IMG/VR virus record: IMGVR_UViG_3300035661_000046
Location: 64,001-77,928 of that record
DNA: 13,928 nt
Direction: 5' to 3' (one strand)
DNA from: a virus
Lineage: Duplodnaviria > Heunggongvirae > Uroviricota > Caudoviricetes
Below the pieces are notes generated by a model, which was given only the letters and a program-made list of their open reading frames with translations, had not been told where the DNA came from and searched no databases. The position numbers and the translations under genes were made by a program. Below, piece after piece: positions 6,421 through 13,255 of this stretch (its first letter is position 1; the number at the start of each line of letters is the position of its first letter).

Positions 6421-6449
6421 TTGCATAACCTATTTTTTAGAGGTATACT
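6421..6449 (+). promoter_or_regulatory. Possible sigma70-type promoter
   Basis: TTGCAT (6421-6426), 17-bp spacer, TATACT (6444-6449), upstream of the portal gene. Confidence 0.4.
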
Positions 6450-6460
6450 GCGGTAACAAT

Positions 6461-6470
6461 TAAAATAAGC
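6461..6470 (+). promoter_or_regulatory. Putative rightward (late) promoter motif TAAAATAAGC
   Basis: Identical to 2891-2900; begins 32 bp before the portal ATG. Confidence 0.5.
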
Positions 6471-6492
6471 ATATTCATCAACTGGACAAAAT

Positions 6493-8385
6493 ATGGCAAC
6501 CTATCAAGATCAAATATCTACATTCGGCAACGTTGGGGGGCAAGCAAGTCCCTGGTTCACTGTTGCGAACCAATTCTTACCAAGAAACTTGCACGACGTT
6601 ATACGTTGGGTTCGTTATATTACTATACAGTCTCCGGTAACTACGGAGGTTATTCGTAAGCAAGCTACTTACCCTATTACGGATTTTGTAGTAGAGACTA
6701 ACAGTGATGCAGTTAAAGCTAAGTATAAAGAAATATTTGATAGCTTTAAGATGAAGCAGGTATTACAGGATATCGGATTTGATCATTACACAATAGGTAA
6801 CGTTTTTGTGTCTGTATTCTTTCCGGTACATAGAACCCTTACCTGCCCTTCTTGTGCTACAGCATACAACGCTAAGAAGGCGACTTTCTTAAAGTTTCAA
6901 AAGTTCTCCTTTCACGGAGAGTGTCCCGCATGTAGCTATATCGGAGACTTCCCTAGAAAAGATACTAAGTCTTTAGATATTAAAGACATGAACCTTATTA
7001 AGTGGAACCCACAGCACATCTCAGTTAACTATAATCCAATAACAGGTGAGGCTGAATACTACTACACAATTCCAAATGATATTCGCCGCAGAGTATTGCA
7101 GGGGGATAAGCTGTTTGTTAATAGTATTCCTTGGGCTTTTATAGAAGCAATTAAATATAACCAAGACTTCAAATTCGACTCAGAAAACATATTCCATTTG
7201 AGAAACGTATCTACAGGTACGGTTATTGAGGGCATCAGTATGCCTCCGTTAATAAGCTTGTTCTCTCTAGTATTTTATCAGGCTACATTACGCAAAGCTA
7301 ACGAGGCTATTGCCACCGAATACCTAAATCCAATGCGAGTTGTATTTCCTCAGGCACAGACTGGTAACTCAGACCCTGTAGTAGGAATGAGCTTGAAGAA
7401 CTTTGCTGGAAACATGAAGCAAGCTTTAGAACAGCATAAACGTGATAAGAACCACTTCATGATAGCTCCTGTACCAATCGGGTATCAGACTATTGGCGGT
7501 GAAGGCAAGAACTTACTAGTATCTGCTGAGATTGATCAGGCTGAACAGTCTATTCTTTTAAGTCTAGGTGTATCCCAAGAATTACTAAGTGGAACCACTA
7601 ACTGGACTAGTTCTACAGTCGGATTGCGTATGTTAGAAAATACAATGAATAGCTACGTCACTCAACTTACTGACCTTATTAACTGGGTTATGAGTAAAGT
7701 AACTACATACTTGTCTGTAGAGACTTGTGCTGTCAGCCTTACCCCATTCAAGTTAATGGATAACGATGCTTTGAAGCAGACCATCGAAGGCCTTATTAGT
7801 AGCGGAGACGGTTCTATTAGTAGTCTATATGAGTTGTTAGGCATGGACTATCAAGAAGAACTCGACAAGATAACTAAGGATAAAGTATCTAAGGCTAAAT
7901 TTGATATTGAATCTCAGTTTGAAGTTGAACAAGCTCAATTCCTAGCGTCTAAGGACATTAATACTAGACTGGATGGAAATCCTCATTATAAAGAATTGCT
8001 CACTCAAGCTACTGACATTGCTAGTCAATTATCTGGTGCCGATCCTTCTACTCTTAACTCTCTGATGGTTAATTTAAAATTAGAAAACTATCCGTTATAC
8101 ATGCTTACTGTTAAGCTTATGAATGAGGGCGCTATGACTACTCCAGGCCAAGATCCTAATCAGCAAGGTCAGCAAGGTCAGCAAGGTCAAGGGGATGATG
8201 GCTCTGGGGGTGCATCTCAGCCAGGAGGTAGCGCTGGACAAGCTCAATCGGAAGGTGCTTCTACTTCTCCTGGACAAGCTGGCACTGGTTCTGCAGCTAA
8301 ATCTAATAAACCGGCGGGTACTGCACCTAAGGTCAGTAAAGGTAAGTCTCCCGTTAAACAAGTTTCTAGTACAGGAGGTAAATAA
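6493..8385 (+). CDS. Probable portal protein with a CxxC...CxxC insert and a low-complexity tail
   Basis: 630 aa. Portal-like layout: QDIGFDHYTIGNVFV, the EAEYYY / NIFHLR beta region, GISMPPLISL, and EIDQAEQSILLSLGVSQELLSG (I...LGV...LL.G pattern). Q/G/S/K-rich C-terminus. Confidence 0.7.
   Translation: MATYQDQISTFGNVGGQASPWFTVANQFLPRNLHDVIRWVRYITIQSPVTTEVIRKQATYPITDFVVETNSDAVKAKYKEIFDSFKMKQVLQDIGFDHYTIGNVFVSVFFPVHRTLTCPSCATAYNAKKATFLKFQKFSFHGECPACSYIGDFPRKDTKSLDIKDMNLIKWNPQHISVNYNPITGEAEYYYTIPNDIRRRVLQGDKLFVNSIPWAFIEAIKYNQDFKFDSENIFHLRNVSTGTVIEGISMPPLISLFSLVFYQATLRKANEAIATEYLNPMRVVFPQAQTGNSDPVVGMSLKNFAGNMKQALEQHKRDKNHFMIAPVPIGYQTIGGEGKNLLVSAEIDQAEQSILLSLGVSQELLSGTTNWTSSTVGLRMLENTMNSYVTQLTDLINWVMSKVTTYLSVETCAVSLTPFKLMDNDALKQTIEGLISSGDGSISSLYELLGMDYQEELDKITKDKVSKAKFDIESQFEVEQAQFLASKDINTRLDGNPHYKELLTQATDIASQLSGADPSTLNSLMVNLKLENYPLYMLTVKLMNEGAMTTPGQDPNQQGQQGQQGQGDDGSGGASQPGGSAGQAQSEGASTSPGQAGTGSAAKSNKPAGTAPKVSKGKSPVKQVSSTGGK
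8161..8187 (+). repeat. In-frame (CAGCAAGGT)x3 repeat encoding QQG
   Basis: Three perfect 9-bp copies in the portal tail. Confidence 0.9.
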
Positions 8386-8639
8386 TGTCTATGCCTGGGA
8401 TTAATATAGAAGAATTTGCAATGCCAAACCCTACTGGTAAGACTACTGGATCTGTGAATCCGGAGGATTATCGTGTAAGGTATTTCAAGGCTGATATAGA
8501 TGAGCCTGGTGATTTGGCAGAGCTAGAACTTATAGAAACAGAAGCTCTAGAAGGTAAGACGAAAGTTTTACTTAAAAAGGACAGTTTTACTTTTCAATCA
8601 AGCTTCTTCGTAGTTATAACCTTTTTGGAAAAACGTTAA
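8385..8639 (+). CDS. Hypothetical acidic protein (84 aa)
   Basis: SD AGGAGG; TAATG overlap with the portal stop; ends 3 bp before the RNAP gene. Confidence 0.8.
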   Translation: MSMPGINIEEFAMPNPTGKTTGSVNPEDYRVRYFKADIDEPGDLAELELIETEALEGKTKVLLKKDSFTFQSSFFVVITFLEKR

Positions 8640-8642
8640 TAA

Positions 8643-11600
8643 ATGTCAGACTCCTTATACCCTATATTTTCTTCTCCTCATGCTATTAATAAACAGGCAG
8701 ATGATGCCTTAATAGAAGGGCTACAGACTCAGTTCCCTATCGAGAATAAAAACTTTGAACTTAAGCTAAGTAACGTTCATGCGGATAAAAAAGAATTCTC
8801 TCAGGAAGACGAGAAGCAAGCTATTCTTAAATCCAAGTCTTTAACCTATCCTATTAAGGGAGACCTTACCCTTATTAGTAAGGCTACTGGTAAAGTAGTA
8901 GACGTAGAGAAGAACTTCACTCTTATGGATTCTTTTTCCATGACTGGAAAGCATACTCTTATTTATAATGGTAACAACTACGTAGTTGCTAACCAGTTAC
9001 AGTTGCGTCCTGGCGTGTACACTCGTAGTAAAGAGTCTGGAGAGTTAGAGTCACATATAAACACGGCTACTGGTCGTAGCTTCTCTATTACTCTGGATCC
9101 TAAGTCTAGCCTGTTTTACATCAACGTTGCCTCCTCTACTATTCTACTAGCCCCTTTGCTATATAGAGTATTTGGAATAGGGAAGACTGAAGTATACAAA
9201 TATATACCTCCTGCTGTCTGGGACGCCAATGTGAAAGCGGCTGAGGGTAAAGAGACTAAGCTGATCGGAGACATGTACAACAAATTAGTCTCTACTGCTC
9301 TACGAACCAAGAATGCCAATACTGATCAGATGGCTTTAGATATTAAAAACTCTCTTGAGCAGTCTCAATTATCTACACTTACTACTAAGATTACTTTAGG
9401 TAAATCTATTGATGCTGTTCGTCCAGAAGCTATTCTTCTAGCACTACATAATTTAGTACAAGTTCATACTGGTGAAAGAGAGGAGGATAACCGCGACTCC
9501 CTGCAGTTCAAGCGTGTCCAAAACCTACCTGATTACTTGTCTAGAAGATTTGAGAAAGAACACGCCTCTATTGCTAAAATTAAAAGCAAGCTCTCTTTTA
9601 ACCTAGAGAAACTGGATGCTAACGCTCCTAGAATACGTGCAGCTATACCAGCCAAGCCTTTTAACAAGGTGTACTCGAGTTATATTCTAGATTCCCCACT
9701 GGTGTCTACACCTAGTGAAACAAATCCACTAGAGAGCCTTGAGAACGTCGGTAAGGTAACAGTTCTTGGTGCAGATGAAGGTGGTATAGGAGATGAGCGT
9801 GGAGTACCTATGACCGCTCGTAATATTGATCCTTCTCATCTAGGTATCATAGATCCGACTCGTACTCCAGAATCAAGCCACGCCGGTATTGATCAACGTT
9901 TTACTATTAATGCTAGACGTGACCGTGCAGGGAACTTGTACTCTAGAGTGCTAGACTTGCAAGGTAAGCCTTATAACCTATCAGTATCTGACCTTATGAA
10001 TTCTGTGGTAGGTTTTCCTAACCAGGAAGGTAAGAAAGTTGTTCAGGCTCAAGATCATGGCCAGTTAAAAGAAGTACCTCGTAGTACTGTGCAATACTGG
10101 ATACCGGATGCTACTAGCCTGTATACCGTTACTACAAACTTAGTGCCCTTCCTGAACAGTAACCATCCTGGTCGTTTAACTATGGCGGGTAAAGCCTTAC
10201 CTCAAGCATTGTCATTAGTTAATAGAGAGATACCTTTAGTACAGACTATGTCTGAGAGCAAAGGTGCTTTTATTAAACAGTTGGGTGCAGTTGTTAGTAC
10301 TATTTCTCCAGTACATGGGGTGATACATTCTGTCAGTGATAAAAAGATAGTTATCAAGGGTGATGACGGTAAGAAGACCGAGGTTATTCCAGTAAAGAAC
10401 CTGCCTTTTAACATGAAAGGATTCTTGGATGATGAAACTCCTTTGGTTAAAGAGGGAGACCGAGTTAAGCCAGGACAGGTGTTACTAGATAATAACTATA
10501 CTAGAGACGGTAACCTAACCTTAGGTAAAAACCTGACTGTCTCCTACCTACCATATAAAGGCTACAACCACGAGGACGGTATAGTGATCTCTCATTCTGC
10601 TGCCGCGTCACTATCTAGCCATCACTCCTATAAAGTGGACTATGACGTAGTGTCAGACTCTATAATGAAGAAGGGGCTACTACGTCGCTATTACCCTAAC
10701 AAGTTTACTAAAGAGCAGTTGGATAACCTGGATGATGCAGGTTTCGCTAAGGTAGGCTCCACAATGCACCACGGAGATCCTATATACGCTGTCCTAGAGA
10801 AGCGCGAAGCTACTCCAGAGGACAAGATGTTAGGAAGACTACACAAGACCTTGGTTAACCCCTACAGACTTGTTACAGAGGAGTGGAATCACCAAGAGCC
10901 TGGCTTAGTTGTTGACGCACATACCGAAGGTAAATCTATTCGTATTCTACTGCGGTCTGTTAAAGAATTAGAAGTTGGTGACAAACTAACTGGCTTACAT
11001 GGCAATAAAGGTATTGTATCTTTAGTGCTTCCAGACCATGAGATGCCTTATAACAAAGATACTGGTAAACCAGTAGATATGTTGCTTAACCCTGCTTCTG
11101 TTACAAGTCGTATTAACTTAGGACAAATTATGGAAACTGTTGCTGGTAAGCTTGCGCTAAAACGAGGCACTCCTTACTTGTTGCATAACTTCTCTAATGA
11201 AAACAACCTTACGGCATTGAAGAAGCAACTAGCTGACGAGGGTGTTTCCGATACAGAAACATTGATAGATCCTAAGTCAGGCAAGCAGTTAGACAAAGTA
11301 CTCACTGGTCCTCAGTATATACTTAAACTATATAAAACCTCTGATCAAAACCTTTCAGCTCGTAACGTTGGTGCGTATGATAACGTTCTACAACCTACAA
11401 AAGGTGGCGAGCAAGGTTCTAAGTCTGTTGGATATATGGAGATGCTAGGTCTACTAGGTTCTAACTCTCGCCACAACTTAAAAGAGATAGCTACTACTAA
11501 GTCAGAGGATAACTCAGAGTACTGGTCTAAGTTTCTTAATGGTCAAGCGTTGCCTAAACCTAAAACTACTTTTGCTACTAACAAGTTCTTTAATTATCTA

Positions 11601-11984
11601 ACCGGTGCAGGGATTAAGGTTAGTCACGAGAATGGGAACATAATAGCCTCTCCTCTTACAGACCACGATATTATGGGAATGAGTAACGGGGCGTTAACAG
11701 AACCTCTTATGCTTAGTGCAAAGAATACAGAGCCAGAAGAGGGTGGGCTATTCGACCCAAGCATAACTGGAGGTATTAAGGGTAATAAGTGGTCTCATTA
11801 TAAATTAGCAGAGCCTATTGTAAACCCTGTCTTCGAGAATCCTGTTCGTTCTATTCTAGGCCTAAGCTCTAATGATTTTGAAAAGATTACTTCTGGAGCA
11901 TACGGTATTCAGAAGAACGAAAAAGGAAACTTTAACATAATTGATACTGCTAGTGGTAAACTTATTAAAGAACACAAGATATAA
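8643..11984 (+). CDS. rpoB: Phage multisubunit RNA polymerase beta subunit fused to the N-terminal segment of beta-prime
   Basis: Beta motifs in the expected order: NGNNYVVANQLQLRPGVY, SETNPLE, DPSHLGIIDPTRTPES, LVPFL, YKGYNHEDGIVIS, GDKLTGLHGNKGIVS, DMLLNPASVTSRINLGQ, YILKL, VGYMEM. From ~11640 the sequence is beta-prime-like: SPLTDHDIMGMSNG, EPEEGGLFDPSITG, WSHYKLAEPIVNP. Confidence 0.93.
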   Translation: MSDSLYPIFSSPHAINKQADDALIEGLQTQFPIENKNFELKLSNVHADKKEFSQEDEKQAILKSKSLTYPIKGDLTLISKATGKVVDVEKNFTLMDSFSMTGKHTLIYNGNNYVVANQLQLRPGVYTRSKESGELESHINTATGRSFSITLDPKSSLFYINVASSTILLAPLLYRVFGIGKTEVYKYIPPAVWDANVKAAEGKETKLIGDMYNKLVSTALRTKNANTDQMALDIKNSLEQSQLSTLTTKITLGKSIDAVRPEAILLALHNLVQVHTGEREEDNRDSLQFKRVQNLPDYLSRRFEKEHASIAKIKSKLSFNLEKLDANAPRIRAAIPAKPFNKVYSSYILDSPLVSTPSETNPLESLENVGKVTVLGADEGGIGDERGVPMTARNIDPSHLGIIDPTRTPESSHAGIDQRFTINARRDRAGNLYSRVLDLQGKPYNLSVSDLMNSVVGFPNQEGKKVVQAQDHGQLKEVPRSTVQYWIPDATSLYTVTTNLVPFLNSNHPGRLTMAGKALPQALSLVNREIPLVQTMSESKGAFIKQLGAVVSTISPVHGVIHSVSDKKIVIKGDDGKKTEVIPVKNLPFNMKGFLDDETPLVKEGDRVKPGQVLLDNNYTRDGNLTLGKNLTVSYLPYKGYNHEDGIVISHSAAASLSSHHSYKVDYDVVSDSIMKKGLLRRYYPNKFTKEQLDNLDDAGFAKVGSTMHHGDPIYAVLEKREATPEDKMLGRLHKTLVNPYRLVTEEWNHQEPGLVVDAHTEGKSIRILLRSVKELEVGDKLTGLHGNKGIVSLVLPDHEMPYNKDTGKPVDMLLNPASVTSRINLGQIMETVAGKLALKRGTPYLLHNFSNENNLTALKKQLADEGVSDTETLIDPKSGKQLDKVLTGPQYILKLYKTSDQNLSARNVGAYDNVLQPTKGGEQGSKSVGYMEMLGLLGSNSRHNLKEIATTKSEDNSEYWSKFLNGQALPKPKTTFATNKFFNYLTGAGIKVSHENGNIIASPLTDHDIMGMSNGALTEPLMLSAKNTEPEEGGLFDPSITGGIKGNKWSHYKLAEPIVNPVFENPVRSILGLSSNDFEKITSGAYGIQKNEKGNFNIIDTASGKLIKEHKI

Positions 11985-11995
11985 AAGGGAATTTT

Positions 11996-12017
11996 AGTGG
12001 AAAACAAGTATTTAGTA
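11996..12017 (+). repeat. 22-bp direct repeat, copy 1 (AGTGGAAAACAAGTATTTAGTA)
   Basis: Exact match to 12797-12818; covers the start codon and first codons of the 266-aa gene. Confidence 0.95.
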
Positions 12018-12797
12018 AAGATAGCGGAAGATTACAAGAAAAAGAAAGTTGGATTAGGTAAGAGTCTAGGCATAGCGGCTCTTACTGGAACAGTAGCAGG
12101 ATCAGTTGCTCAAGTAGCGGGTTCTGCAGGGCTTATGAACTCAGGCCTATATACGGGAGAGGGTTATAATCACGAAGCAGACGGTCATACCATTCGTAGA
12201 TTCATAAAGGATAACAAATTAAAAGTAAGTTTTAATGATAAAAATCCAGATATACATAAAGTAAAGTCTACTAGATTTGGAGCACGTATTAGAGATATGA
12301 TAAAAAACCATGGTGCTCCTGCATATATTCATGCTCAGCATCATGGGTATTCCAAGAATTTTATAACTAAAAACAAAGGAAGGTTCCCTAATAAGAAAGT
12401 CAATGATGCTATAATGCACGAACTGGGGCACGCTAAAAACTGGAAGCATATGCCTGCATCCGTAGGACTAGCCTATAGTATTAACAGGGGTGCTTTAGGT
12501 ACAGCAGGGTCATTCGGTACCTCTGCTGCCCTTTTATCCAATGAGAAAACTGAAAAATATGCTCCGTTAGCTGCAGTTGCCCACCAGTCTCCTATTCTAT
12601 TGGATGAGACTATGGCTCACGTACATGCTTTCGGAGCCATTAAAAAAGCTAAAGGATTAAAAGCTGCTCTTAGATTTGCTAAGAATACCGTAGCTCCTGC
12701 TCTAGGTACATATGGTGCGGCAGCGGCGGGGGAAATAGGTGGTGCTATGTGGGCGAAACATATAGTGCATAACATTAGAAATAAAGGAAATAAGTAA
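11997..12797 (+). CDS. Putative zincin-type (HExxH) metallopeptidase-like protein with Gly/Ala-rich hydrophobic segments
   Basis: AIMHELGHA (HExxH) with a downstream Glu candidate in ILLDETMAH; GTG start after an AAGGGA SD; N-terminus MENKYLVKIA. Confidence 0.6.
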   Translation: MENKYLVKIAEDYKKKKVGLGKSLGIAALTGTVAGSVAQVAGSAGLMNSGLYTGEGYNHEADGHTIRRFIKDNKLKVSFNDKNPDIHKVKSTRFGARIRDMIKNHGAPAYIHAQHHGYSKNFITKNKGRFPNKKVNDAIMHELGHAKNWKHMPASVGLAYSINRGALGTAGSFGTSAALLSNEKTEKYAPLAAVAHQSPILLDETMAHVHAFGAIKKAKGLKAALRFAKNTVAPALGTYGAAAAGEIGGAMWAKHIVHNIRNKGNK

Positions 12798-12818
12798 GTG
12801 GAAAACAAGTATTTAGTA
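12797..12818 (+). repeat. 22-bp direct repeat, copy 2
   Basis: Exact match to 11996-12017, 801 bp downstream; its last base is the A of the next ATG. Confidence 0.95.
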
Positions 12819-12821
12819 TGA
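12798..12821 (+). other. 7-codon mini-ORF (M)ENKYLV whose stop overlaps the next start (ATGA)
   Basis: GTG GAA AAC AAG TAT TTA GTA TGA, with AAAGGA 9 nt upstream. Confidence 0.45.
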
Positions 12822-13222
12822 AAGACTTGGGTACTGTAGCTGCGGGAGTAGGCATAGCAGGTGCCGTCGGTGGTGGCATATATGGTCTTAGCAAACTACT
12901 TAGCAAATGGCAGAGAGAAGCTGAAGAAAGACGTAAGGCGGCATTTGAGGCTCACGTAGATAATCACAAGTTAGCCCCTACTATGGAGAGTTCTAATGTA
13001 ACCTATGAGGATATTAAAAAGCTTCCAGAGGATCACGACTTTTATAGAGGTGGTGATATTAGTAAGGCAGTTACAACCCTAATCGGGGCTCATAAAGCTG
13101 CTGGAACCTTTAGTAGCTACGCTGAAGGAGAGCGTAAGAAAAGCGACTATGACTCCTTGGAGAATGAACGCGATGAGCTAGAGGATGAAGTGTCTAGACT
13201 TCGGTATAGAGCCTACCCATAG
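12818..13222 (+). CDS. Hypothetical protein (134 aa): N-terminal Gly-rich hydrophobic segment and C-terminal coiled-coil-like region
   Basis: LGTVAAGVGIAGAVGGGIYGL followed by charged helices; no recognised domain. Confidence 0.75.
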   Translation: MKDLGTVAAGVGIAGAVGGGIYGLSKLLSKWQREAEERRKAAFEAHVDNHKLAPTMESSNVTYEDIKKLPEDHDFYRGGDISKAVTTLIGAHKAAGTFSSYAEGERKKSDYDSLENERDELEDEVSRLRYRAYP

Positions 13223-13225
13223 ATC

Positions 13226-13232
13226 TAAAATA
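13226..13232 (+). promoter_or_regulatory. Possible third copy of the TAAAATA motif
   Basis: CTAAAATA begins ~30 bp before the beta-prime ATG, matching the copy at 2890-2897. A short AT-rich motif, so it could be chance. Confidence 0.35.
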
Positions 13233-13255
13233 TGTACAGATAAGAGAACCTATAA

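Noticed and set aside
7662-8404. ORFs 7662-7844 (-), 8095-8361 (-) and 8195-8404 (+)
   Set aside because: Shadow or alternate-frame ORFs inside the portal gene.
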